Shown here piece by piece: positions 51,714 through 61,068 of a stretch of DNA of 64,000 nucleotides. The notes beneath the pieces are model-generated. The model worked only from the letters and a program-made list of their open reading frames with translations. It was not told the DNA's origin and did no database searches. Location of the stretch: the NCBI GenBank assembly GCA_902591925.1, contig CACJCN010000004.1, forward strand, positions 92,869-156,868, written 5' to 3'. The translations under genes and the position numbers were made by a program. Each line of letters opens with the position of its first letter. Within the stretch, counting starts at the first letter, position 1. This DNA is from an uncultured SAR86 cluster bacterium (lineage in GTDB: Bacteria > Pseudomonadota > Gammaproteobacteria > Magnimaribacterales > D2472).

Positions 51714-54700
51714 ATGAAAAACTTAAAATATTTATTTTCACTTGTTTTGTTGCTGCCTCTCGCTGTGGTAGCTCAAGAGAGCGATGATTCTGATTCTGAA
51801 GTTGAAGAAGTTGTTGTCGTTGGTTCACAAATTAAAGGAGCATCAATTACCGATGCACTACCAGTTACAGTTCTTTCAGCTGATGATATTGAAGCTCTTG
51901 GTGTTAGTGACGGTGATGAATTAATTGAAAATGTTGTTGAACAAGGTCTAAATTTCTTTAACGAGCAGGAGCAAGCTTCTGGTGGTGTCAATGCCGGTAG
52001 AGGTGATACAGGTGCATACAATTTAAGAAATATGGGTGTTGGTAATACTCTTACATTGTTAAATGGTAGAAGGATGGTTAACAATGCTGGATATCAAACT
52101 GAATTCATTGGTGGTGATTTTGTTCCAACCGTCACTGTTAATACGAATTTAATTCCAACAAATGGTTTGGATAGACTTGAAATTTTAAGGGATGGTGCCT
52201 CAGCTATATATGGTGCTGACGCTGTTGCTGGTGTTGTGAATAATGTTTTGGAAACTGATTATGAAGGGTCTAGCCTTTCAGTAAGAGTTACTGGTTATGA
52301 GCACTTTGATGCAACGAACACAGATTTAAGTTACAAGTTTGGTAAAGCTTTTAACGATGGAGCTACAAACATATCAGTATTTGCTAGATATAGAGACCGG
52401 GGTCGAATTAAAGCTAGTGAAGACGAACGTTGGTATAGCCAAGATTATAGGCGTTACCTTCCTGACGATTCCCCATTTAATGTATCCGCAATGCGTAACA
52501 CTAGTACTTATGGTTGGTTCCAATTAGATTTAAATAGTAAATATAATGGTGATTTTCCATGGGTAGCAGTTAAAGATGGTGAGACTGAATTAGCTGATGC
52601 TTCAGACCCAAGGGGTGGTGCGGCTCTTTGTGCACTTCCGGGAGCAGTCAATACAGGCTTTGGTACATGTATGTTTAATACCGATTTAGGAGATAACAGA
52701 TCTAATCAAAGAGGTATGGGTGATTATCGTGGTGAAATGCAACGTTCTCAAGTTTTTGTATTTACAAATCATGAATTTGATAATGGAGTTGAATTATTCA
52801 GTGAAATGGGATACTACCAATCTGATTCATTTAGATACATTTCTGCTGGTAGTTTTAAATCAGGTATGTTCTCAATTCCTGGAAACTATTACTGGTTCTC
52901 ACAATTACCTGAAAGTATTGGATTTCCAACAGATAAATCTGTTGCAATCGATGGCTGGAGACCATTTAACTTAAACAGAGAAATAAGTGTTGATAAAAGT
53001 AGCACAAGATTTCTTATTGGCTTAAGAGGAACAACTAATAATGGTTGGGACTGGGAAACTGCAATAGTTAATGCAGATGCTAAAAGTGTAGATGCTGCCG
53101 GAAACAGAATTACATATGAAGCCTTGTACGAGCAGTTCTATGGCGCGGTAGCAACCACATCAGATGCTTTTAATATTTTTGATACTAATTGGGATACCAA
53201 TAATGGTGATAATATTCTGACAACCATATACAGAAGAGATAAATCAACTCTTGACATGATTGACTTTAAGATTAGTAATGATGAAGTATTTAATTTACCT
53301 GCTGGCCCAGTTGGTATGTTAATAGGTTTTGAAAGAAGAAAAGAAACATATACCGATGACAGGGATCCATATTTAGATGGAACAGTACAAAATCAGGATT
53401 GTTGTGGTGTAACAAGCCCAACAAGATCACATCCATTTACATCTGGTGTGCTTGGTTCAAGTCCAACAGTTGATGTTTATGGAGTCAAAAGGGTCCAATC
53501 AGCCTTCATGGAGATGATTGTTCCAGTTACAGAAAAAATGGATGCACAAATTGCTGTTAGAAATGAAGACTTTTCTGACACTGAAGCTACTACTGTTGGA
53601 AGAATAGCTCTTGGATATGTTGTAAATGATTTGGTAAAGTTGAGAGCATCTTTCTCAACAGCATTTAGATCACCTAATATTCTTCAAATTAATCAGCCTT
53701 TTGTAACAAGAACTGGTACAAGAAATGATGCTGTTCAAGAATATAGAATTTATAAAAATAATAACGATGTGAGACCTCCATCAGGCAGTGGATTTGCAAA
53801 TGATTACACTATTTCAAATACACTTCATTTTAGATTAGGTAATCCTGATCTATTACCTGAGGAGTCTGATAATGCTACATTTGGTGTTGTGATTACTCCA
53901 AATGATTCGCTAACAGTCACAGTTGATTCATGGAGTATTGAAAAAGACAACACCATTGGTCTTTTTGGAAGAAATAACTCAAGTGTTTATGATCTTCTTT
54001 TAAGAATACAACAAGGGATTGGTGGTGCAACAACTGTTGCTGAAATGCTTGCTTTTTGTGAAGGCAAAAACGTGCTTAATAATCAATTTGGTAAATATGC
54101 ACTAGATGGTTCATATGTATTAAGAGATGCTGATCCTACTGCATCTTATGATGATGACTTCTTTAATGCTGGTATTTGTCCAGCTGGTCAGCAAGATACT
54201 ATAACTGAGCCTTATCAGAACTTAGCTCTTAGAACTGTAGAGGGAACTGATATAGCAGTTTATTATGATTTTGAAACATCTATTGGTGATTTCAGTGTTA
54301 CTTTACAAACTTCTATGACTGATAAGTTTGAACAAACACCAAGTGCAAAATATCAAGCTGTTGCAGCTGCAGTTGCAGATGGCACACTTCCTCCTTATAC
54401 ATCTATTGAGGGTTTTGGCGATTTAAGAAACAATGAAAATGTTGGAACAGATCGTAAAGATACTTTGAGAGTAAACTACAGAAATGGAGATTGGGGTGCA
54501 TCACTTTCAGCTTTGAGAGTCGGAGAGCTGCTTGATAATGGTGTTAAAAGTGATGATGGTCAGGTATATGAAATTCCATCAATGACTACTGCCAATTTAA
54601 GTGTCTACAAGAAGTTCACACTTAATGGGAATGATGCAAGATTAAGATTAATGGTAAGAAATATTGCTGATGAGAGAGCTCCATTAGCAGATGGTTTCTT

Positions 54701-54770
54701 TGGTTTCTACTCTGATATACACAGAGATGAAGGCAGACATTACTATCTTGATCTTAGAATGGATTTCTAA
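51714..54770 (+). CDS. TonB-dependent receptor
   Basis: Signal peptide, TonB box EEVVVVGS, plug NLRNMG..NTL.LLNGRR and RLEILRDGASAIYGADA, GNPDL.PE, terminal Phe. Confidence 0.93.
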   Translation: MKNLKYLFSLVLLLPLAVVAQESDDSDSEVEEVVVVGSQIKGASITDALPVTVLSADDIEALGVSDGDELIENVVEQGLNFFNEQEQASGGVNAGRGDTGAYNLRNMGVGNTLTLLNGRRMVNNAGYQTEFIGGDFVPTVTVNTNLIPTNGLDRLEILRDGASAIYGADAVAGVVNNVLETDYEGSSLSVRVTGYEHFDATNTDLSYKFGKAFNDGATNISVFARYRDRGRIKASEDERWYSQDYRRYLPDDSPFNVSAMRNTSTYGWFQLDLNSKYNGDFPWVAVKDGETELADASDPRGGAALCALPGAVNTGFGTCMFNTDLGDNRSNQRGMGDYRGEMQRSQVFVFTNHEFDNGVELFSEMGYYQSDSFRYISAGSFKSGMFSIPGNYYWFSQLPESIGFPTDKSVAIDGWRPFNLNREISVDKSSTRFLIGLRGTTNNGWDWETAIVNADAKSVDAAGNRITYEALYEQFYGAVATTSDAFNIFDTNWDTNNGDNILTTIYRRDKSTLDMIDFKISNDEVFNLPAGPVGMLIGFERRKETYTDDRDPYLDGTVQNQDCCGVTSPTRSHPFTSGVLGSSPTVDVYGVKRVQSAFMEMIVPVTEKMDAQIAVRNEDFSDTEATTVGRIALGYVVNDLVKLRASFSTAFRSPNILQINQPFVTRTGTRNDAVQEYRIYKNNNDVRPPSGSGFANDYTISNTLHFRLGNPDLLPEESDNATFGVVITPNDSLTVTVDSWSIEKDNTIGLFGRNNSSVYDLLLRIQQGIGGATTVAEMLAFCEGKNVLNNQFGKYALDGSYVLRDADPTASYDDDFFNAGICPAGQQDTITEPYQNLALRTVEGTDIAVYYDFETSIGDFSVTLQTSMTDKFEQTPSAKYQAVAAAVADGTLPPYTSIEGFGDLRNNENVGTDRKDTLRVNYRNGDWGASLSALRVGELLDNGVKSDDGQVYEIPSMTTANLSVYKKFTLNGNDARLRLMVRNIADERAPLADGFFGFYSDIHRDEGRHYYLDLRMDF

Positions 54771-54782
54771 AATCTTTAAATT

Positions 54783-54814
54783 AAAAAAGGGAGTTGTAAA
54801 ACTCCCTTTTTTTT
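54783..54814 (+). terminator. Intrinsic terminator after TonB receptor 1
   Basis: AAAAAAGGGAGTT-GTAA-AACTCCCTTTTTTTT. Confidence 0.9.
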
Positions 54815-54830
54815 ACTCTATAATAATTTA

Positions 54831-56267
54831 ATGGCTGCATACAAAAAGAAGGGATTTTCCATAGGAATAATAATATTTCTTTTCATGCAGTTTTCTCCAT
54901 CGCCAACTGGTCTGAGTGATATAGGATGGGATGTTGCTGCTGTTGCAGTCCTGATGGCTATTTGGTGGGCCACAGAAACAGTTCCAGTTGCAATAACAGC
55001 ACTATTACCATTAGCACTTTTTCCACTTTTGGGAGTTACAACTTTTGATAATGCTGCCTTGCCTTACGCCAATAAAAATATATATCTCTTTTTAGGAGGT
55101 TTTATGCTTGCTCTTGGTATTGAGAGCTCTGGATTGCATAAGAGAATTGCTTTAAAAATGATAATTTCTGTTGGTTCAAGTGGAAGAAAGCTAGTTGGCG
55201 GGTTTATGCTTGTTGCAGCTCTAATAAGTATGTGGGTGATGAATACTTCAACAACTTTAATGTTACTTCCTATTGGATTAGCTGTTTGTGGAGTAATGTC
55301 TGAGACAATTCCAGGGTTATCTGAAAAAGATAAATCAAATTTTGATACTGCTTTGCTTCTTGGAATTGCATATGCAGCAACAATTGGTGGCATGTCAACG
55401 TTGATTGGTACTGCTCCAAATATTGTCTTTAGTGCTTTCATGCAAGATACCTATGGTGTTGAGATCTCAATGTTTGATTGGATGATGCTAGGAGTTCCAT
55501 TAGCTTCAATTATGCTTTTTGGCGCGTGGACACTTCTAACAAAATATATATTTCCAATAAGCTTTAATGCTTCAACTGAAGCAAGAGAAGAGTTAAAAAC
55601 AATGCTTTTAAATATGGGAGAATTTTCCAAGGATGAAAAGAGAATTTCTATAATTTTTGGCTTTGCAGTTTTTGCTTGGGTATTCAGAACATTGCTTAAT
55701 AAGATTGATTTTTTATCCGGACTAACTGATGCTGGAATTGCAATTATTGCAGCTATTTTAATTTTTATGACACCATCTGCATCAAAAAAAGGTGATTTAC
55801 TTCAATGGGAGCGATCTAAAGATCTGCCATGGGGACTTTTAATTTTATTTGGCGGTGGTTTATCACTTGCTGCTCAAATAAGCACAAGTGGTCTTGGAAT
55901 TTGGATCGGAAATAGCCTGTTGGTTTTAAGTTCAGTTCCACCAGTATTACTAATCTTGGCAGTCGCAACCTTAATTATTTTCTTAACTGAAATTACAAGT
56001 AACGTGACTACTACAACAACTTTTTTACCTGTTTTTGGAGCTCTAGCAATTGCAATTGGTGTTTTGCCTGTTTCATTAACAGTCCCTGTTTGCCTTGCAG
56101 CAAGTTGTGCATTTATGCTTCCAGTTGCAACTCCACCAAATGCTATTGTTTATGGATCAAACAAGTTTACTATTGCAACAATGATGAGAGCTGGATTTGC
56201 GTTAAATATAATTGGCATACTAGTTGTGACAATATTTGCATATTATTTTGCCCCATTAATTTTTTAA
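54831..56267 (+). CDS. DASS/SLC13 sodium:dicarboxylate symporter
   Basis: WWATE, SMWVMNT, TLIGTAPN, TEITSN, AFMLPVATPPNA. Confidence 0.92.
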   Translation: MAAYKKKGFSIGIIIFLFMQFSPSPTGLSDIGWDVAAVAVLMAIWWATETVPVAITALLPLALFPLLGVTTFDNAALPYANKNIYLFLGGFMLALGIESSGLHKRIALKMIISVGSSGRKLVGGFMLVAALISMWVMNTSTTLMLLPIGLAVCGVMSETIPGLSEKDKSNFDTALLLGIAYAATIGGMSTLIGTAPNIVFSAFMQDTYGVEISMFDWMMLGVPLASIMLFGAWTLLTKYIFPISFNASTEAREELKTMLLNMGEFSKDEKRISIIFGFAVFAWVFRTLLNKIDFLSGLTDAGIAIIAAILIFMTPSASKKGDLLQWERSKDLPWGLLILFGGGLSLAAQISTSGLGIWIGNSLLVLSSVPPVLLILAVATLIIFLTEITSNVTTTTTFLPVFGALAIAIGVLPVSLTVPVCLAASCAFMLPVATPPNAIVYGSNKFTIATMMRAGFALNIIGILVVTIFAYYFAPLIF

Positions 56268-56270
56268 GTT

Positions 56271-57983
56271 TTGAGAAAAATATTAATTACAGTTTTTTTT
56301 GTTTCTTACTTAAATAGTACAGACTATATTGATTATCCTCATCCATTTCACCCAACCAAAAGCTTGAACGGGATGGTTGTGAGTCAGAATGCTCTTTCAT
56401 CAGATATTGGTATAAAAATTTTAGATATGGGAGGAAATGCTGTTGATGCAGCAGTCGCAGTTGGATTTTCTCTAGCAACCACTCTTCCAAGAGCTGGTAA
56501 TCTTGGTGGCGGCGGTTTTATGTTAATTTATTTAAAAGAAAGGGATGAAATATTTTATATAGATTATAGAAGTAAATCTCCTCGGAATTCTTCAATTGAA
56601 AAATTACTTGGCACTAAACAAATTCCTGATCGAAATTCTAAATTATGGGAGAGAGTTGATTATTCATATTTAGCCTCAGCTGTACCTGGAACAGTATATG
56701 GTTTACTAGAAGCGCATAAAAATTTTGGTAGATTAGAACTTCAAGAAATACTGAAACCAGTTATCGAACAGGCAGAAAATGGAGTGACAGTTACAAGCGA
56801 TTTGAATTATGTTATTGAGGTAACACCTCAGTTAAGAGCTGATAAAGAATCATATTCTATATTCTTTGATAATGACGAACCCTTAAAAGAATTCTCTGTT
56901 ATAAAAAGACCTGATTTGGCAAATACATTTAAAGAAATTTCAAAAAATGGTGTAAAAGGATTTTACGAGGGAGTCATCGCAGACAAGATTGTAAGTGCAA
57001 TGGAAAAAAATAATGGGTTAATTACTCATGAAGATTTAAAAAATTACAAATCTTTTTTTAGAATGCCGATTGCCATCAATTATAAAGGTCATAAAGTCTA
57101 TACTGCTGCTCCTCCTTCAGGTGGTGGAATTACTTTACTAACAGCTTTAGGGATTCTTAATAATATTGATATTAAAAAATATAAAAATGACTCTACCAAA
57201 ACATATCATTTTCTTGCAGAAGCGTTAAGAAGAGGGCACAACAACAGATCTCATTATGTTGGAGATCCAGAGTACTTTGACGTTCCAATAACTGAACTTC
57301 TTTCAATAGAAAGAATAAAAGAATTAATAAGCTCAATCGATTCTAATAAATCCAGCACAGTAGAAGATGTAATTGCATATAAACCAAGAAAAGAGAGCAA
57401 AGATACAACTCATTATTCAATTATTGATAAAGATGGAAACGCTGTTTCGAATACATATACTCTAGGCCTTTCTTTTGGTTCAGGAGTAACTATTCCAGAT
57501 ACAGGAATCTTAATGAATAGTCAGATGAATAATTTTGCATATAGATATGGCAATAAAGGCGATATTAGCAGAGGAGCAAGCCCTGGTAACAGGTTTGAAC
57601 CAGGTAAAAAACCAATGAGTACGATGGCCCCAACAATAGTATTTGATAAAAACAATGACTTGTTTTTAATAACTGGTTCTCCTGGTGGATCTGATATTCC
57701 TGCTGCAATTTTAAGAGTTATTACAGGTGTCATTGATTTTGAATTAGATATAGGTGAAGCGACAATGCTTCCAAGAATTCATAAAGATTGGCCATACGAA
57801 GGACTTGAGCATGAGAGGGCAGTAAGTAGAGATATTGTAAGGCGTCTTAAGAGTATGGGGCATAAAACCGAATATGAAATGACCATTGGAAGCACACAAA
57901 GTATTCATGTAGTTGATGGAGTTAACTATGGGTTTGCAGATCTCAGAAGACCTAATGCTGGAGTTGCAGTTCAGACTAATTGA
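56271..57983 (+). CDS. Gamma-glutamyltransferase-family Ntn hydrolase with altered acyl pocket
   Basis: GGNAVDAAVA, GGGGF, DYR, VPGTV, autocleavage D|TTHYS, GSPGG; probable signal peptide; pocket substitutions described in findings. Confidence 0.9.
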   Translation: MRKILITVFFVSYLNSTDYIDYPHPFHPTKSLNGMVVSQNALSSDIGIKILDMGGNAVDAAVAVGFSLATTLPRAGNLGGGGFMLIYLKERDEIFYIDYRSKSPRNSSIEKLLGTKQIPDRNSKLWERVDYSYLASAVPGTVYGLLEAHKNFGRLELQEILKPVIEQAENGVTVTSDLNYVIEVTPQLRADKESYSIFFDNDEPLKEFSVIKRPDLANTFKEISKNGVKGFYEGVIADKIVSAMEKNNGLITHEDLKNYKSFFRMPIAINYKGHKVYTAAPPSGGGITLLTALGILNNIDIKKYKNDSTKTYHFLAEALRRGHNNRSHYVGDPEYFDVPITELLSIERIKELISSIDSNKSSTVEDVIAYKPRKESKDTTHYSIIDKDGNAVSNTYTLGLSFGSGVTIPDTGILMNSQMNNFAYRYGNKGDISRGASPGNRFEPGKKPMSTMAPTIVFDKNNDLFLITGSPGGSDIPAAILRVITGVIDFELDIGEATMLPRIHKDWPYEGLEHERAVSRDIVRRLKSMGHKTEYEMTIGSTQSIHVVDGVNYGFADLRRPNAGVAVQTN

Positions 57984-59416
57984 TTTTTTTTGAACTTGAT
58001 AATTTTTCCAACCCATTCCTCTCGCTTCATCGAATGAATTACATTTATATCATTTGATGTTATCAATTTTCTTTTTTTATCATTAGTATTCAAAAACATT
58101 ATAGCTTTTGGTTTATTTTTGTTTTTTATAATTGTGTAACCAATGATCTTTCCTTCTCCGTGTTTAAGATCACTAATGTCAATTGGTTTATCATTTAATT
58201 GAGCTTCATCGGTAAAATCTTTATGAGTAAAATCAATGTATGAATTATTTGACCATAATGCATAGGACTGTTTTGTCATCATTCCAGAAACTCCAGTTAC
58301 TATACCTGCAGACTCTTTCTTTTTTCTTATTTCAGAAATAATTTTAGCCGTTGAATGAAGAACAAAACTATTTAAAGGACCTCCACAAAAGGGCATACCG
58401 CCAGTTATTGAAACGTTGAATATGTTTTTGACATTTAGTGATTCCGCAAACATTTGAACGGCAACAGGAAAACAGCTATAAAAATCATAAAAATCAACAT
58501 CGATATTATTTTTTTTACAGATATCTATAATAAAATTTGCAGCTTTTTCCATGCCTATATATCTTGTAAGGTTTTGTCTCTGAAGTGTAGGAATCATATG
58601 GTTATTTTCAGTCGAAGATAATGGATAGACTCTTTTATTTATTGGTATATTTAGCTTATCCGCTATAGATTCTGAACATATTATTAGTGCACATGATTGA
58701 TTTACGTTCCAACTTGTACAATGATTTTTATAATATGGAAAGGCTTGAAGAACATTTTTATCGCTCTCTTTTTTAATCTCTTCCTTTTGTAATGGTTCAT
58801 CAATCCAGCCGAATTCATTATTCGATGCAATTTTTGCAAAATGTGAGTAAAGGTTTGCTATGAATTCACTCTGTTCAGATAAAGTTTTTTTTGTTTTTGC
58901 TCTAAATGCACTTTCAAGTATCGCATAATATCCTACTGCCATTTCACCAAGTTCTTTTTTTTCTATATCAAGATTAAGATCATTCGGTGCCTTTATGTAT
59001 CTATCTGGATTGATGGTTAATTCTGATTCTTCATATTTTTTGTTTTCTATTGAAGCTTTTAGCATCTTATATCTTGATTCTCCACCAAGAATTACTCCGG
59101 CACTAGTTTCTCCAGTGTTAATCTTGTTACAAACAGAATTAATAAGACTTTGTTGAAGTATTCCAATTTTTGTAACACTTGTCTCAATGGACTTGATTCC
59201 ATTCTTATTTGCAATCCACCTTGCTGGATCTCTATATTTCCAAAAACCTTTTGGAATTTGAATCTCATCAATATAGTCAATAATTTTTTTGTTTGTTGTA
59301 TCATCAACTGCCTTCTTAAAAGCTTTGTCCATAAGAATCAAAGCTTCATCAAGATCATCAAAATTGCCTTTTTGTTGAATGCAACCAATGCCAATGACAA
59401 CGGGCCTATTTTTCAT
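57971..59416 (-). CDS. Thiolase-like protein (TLP1-type acetyl-CoA acetyltransferase family)
   Basis: PVVIG, GGE, VNQ..ALII, YSCFPVAVQ, ITGGMPF.GGP.N, short extra C-terminal domain; start set at MKNRP. Confidence 0.7.
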   Translation of the reverse strand: MKNRPVVIGIGCIQQKGNFDDLDEALILMDKAFKKAVDDTTNKKIIDYIDEIQIPKGFWKYRDPARWIANKNGIKSIETSVTKIGILQQSLINSVCNKINTGETSAGVILGGESRYKMLKASIENKKYEESELTINPDRYIKAPNDLNLDIEKKELGEMAVGYYAILESAFRAKTKKTLSEQSEFIANLYSHFAKIASNNEFGWIDEPLQKEEIKKESDKNVLQAFPYYKNHCTSWNVNQSCALIICSESIADKLNIPINKRVYPLSSTENNHMIPTLQRQNLTRYIGMEKAANFIIDICKKNNIDVDFYDFYSCFPVAVQMFAESLNVKNIFNVSITGGMPFCGGPLNSFVLHSTAKIISEIRKKKESAGIVTGVSGMMTKQSYALWSNNSYIDFTHKDFTDEAQLNDKPIDISDLKHGEGKIIGYTIIKNKNKPKAIMFLNTNDKKRKLITSNDINVIHSMKREEWVGKIIKFKKNQLV

Positions 59417-59420
59417 GAAT

Positions 59421-60044
59421 TTATAAGGAGGCGTTACCCCAATAATTGTAACCAACAATTTTCGGAGTACTTGGAAGATACATTTGATCAAGCTTATTAA
59501 TTTTTAAACCTGATTCTAAAATGAGATTAGGAATATCTCTATTTATATTACACCCACCAAAAAGTTTTCCCCAAAGAGGATTTATCCTGTTCTGCCATTT
59601 TTGAACATTTAAATCCGGTGCTGTCCCGTGTTCACAAAACAGAATATTTCCATCAGACTTCAAAACCCTCTTAATTTCATCCAAAGCATCTAGTGGTTCA
59701 GGGATTGTGCATAGTGTATAGGTGAGAAGGACTGTATCAATTGAATTTGAGGGTAGGTTAATTTCTTCTGCACTATTGATAAGAAAATTGACATCAATTT
59801 TATTTTTTTTTGCACATTTTTTTGCCATCTCACACAATTCTTCTGAGGGATCTAGTCCTATAATTTTCTGAATATTTGATTTTTGATAAAAAGGGATATT
59901 GAGTCCAGAACCAATTCCTATCTCAAGAATTGTTCCTCTTGCGTATGGCACAATTTTTTTTCTTTGATAGTTAACAGGTTTAGTGGAACAGCAAGTATCT
60001 AAAAGTTTTGGAAGTAAATATTTTTCATATGCTGCTTTAATCAT
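59421..60044 (-). CDS. Class I SAM-dependent methyltransferase
   Basis: [31 protein letters not shown]; start set at MIKAAY. Confidence 0.88.
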   Translation of the reverse strand: MIKAAYEKYLLPKLLDTCCSTKPVNYQRKKIVPYARGTILEIGIGSGLNIPFYQKSNIQKIIGLDPSEELCEMAKKCAKKNKIDVNFLINSAEEINLPSNSIDTVLLTYTLCTIPEPLDALDEIKRVLKSDGNILFCEHGTAPDLNVQKWQNRINPLWGKLFGGCNINRDIPNLILESGLKINKLDQMYLPSTPKIVGYNYWGNASL

Positions 60045-60828
60045 CAAAAGTCTCTTTGAGTGGCATTGCAGAAATATTAAAACCTGCATCAACATATGTT
60101 ATTTCACCTGTGATACCACTTGCATAATCAGAGCATAAAAATGCTGCTGTATTACCAACCTCCTCTGAAGTAACAGTTCTGCCCAATGGAGCTCTTTGAG
60201 AGTGTTGATTAAGCATTTTTCTGAAATTTTTAACTCCAGAGGCAGCAAGAGTTTTTATCGGACCAGCAGAGATTGCATTTACACGAATATTATTACTTCC
60301 TAAAGAGGCTGCAAGAAATCTAGTGTTTGCCTCTAAAGAAGCTTTTGCAAGACCCATTACATTGTAATTAGGCATAGTTTGAATTGATCCAAGGTAAGTA
60401 AGAGTCAGAAGGGCAGAATTATCATTAAGCATTGATTTAGCCTCTTTGGCCATCGCAGTAAAGCTATAAGAGCTAATATCATGAGCTATCTTAAAGCCTT
60501 CTCGAGTAGTAACATCAACAAAATTTCCCTCTAATTGGTCTGAGGGTGCATAACCAATCGAATGAACAAGACCGTCAAAGGTTTTCCACTTTTTTTTAAG
60601 CGACGAAAACGCATTTTTAATTGAATTATCATCGCTTACATCGCATTCAACTAATATATCAGAGCCACATGCTTCGGCAATTGGCTTAATATTCTTCAAA
60701 AGTCTCTCATTTTGGAAGGTAAAAGCAAGTTCCGCACCTTCTCTAAACATAGATTTAGCAATTCCTGCAGCAATTGAATATTTGTTAGCAACTCCAGTAA
60801 TTAAGATTTTTTTGTTTTTAAGTAACAT
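60037..60828 (-). CDS. fabI: Enoyl-ACP reductase FabI
   Basis: [37 protein letters not shown]. Confidence 0.97.
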   Translation of the reverse strand: MLLKNKKILITGVANKYSIAAGIAKSMFREGAELAFTFQNERLLKNIKPIAEACGSDILVECDVSDDNSIKNAFSSLKKKWKTFDGLVHSIGYAPSDQLEGNFVDVTTREGFKIAHDISSYSFTAMAKEAKSMLNDNSALLTLTYLGSIQTMPNYNVMGLAKASLEANTRFLAASLGSNNIRVNAISAGPIKTLAASGVKNFRKMLNQHSQRAPLGRTVTSEEVGNTAAFLCSDYASGITGEITYVDAGFNISAMPLKETFDD

Positions 60829-60973
60829 TTATAAAGATTATTTATATTAGATATAGGTATTGTATAAGATAAATTATATTTATATGTATTTTTGATCATA
60901 TTTATATCAATTTTGACTATATCCACATTATATTAATTACTTATGTATAAATATAATTAATTACAAAAAACTG

Positions 60974-61021
60974 TAGCAATATTGTCAAAACAATGAAACA
61001 ATAACCTCATAAACGTGTTTT
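60974..61021 (+). promoter_or_regulatory. Candidate promoter and motif upstream of TonB receptor 2
   Basis: TAGCAA-17-AACAAT with upstream TG, then TCATAAACGTGTTTT. Confidence 0.4.
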
Positions 61022-61068
61022 AGCGTATTGCTATGCGCATAAATTTAAATAACTTACAGGGGAATTGT

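Noticed and set aside
60829-61068. Riboswitch upstream of TonB receptor 2 (TAGCAATA at 60974 could pair with TATTGCTA at 61026)
   Set aside because: No cobalamin or TPP core motifs, region extremely AT-rich, and the upstream arm coincides with the predicted -35 so is probably not transcribed
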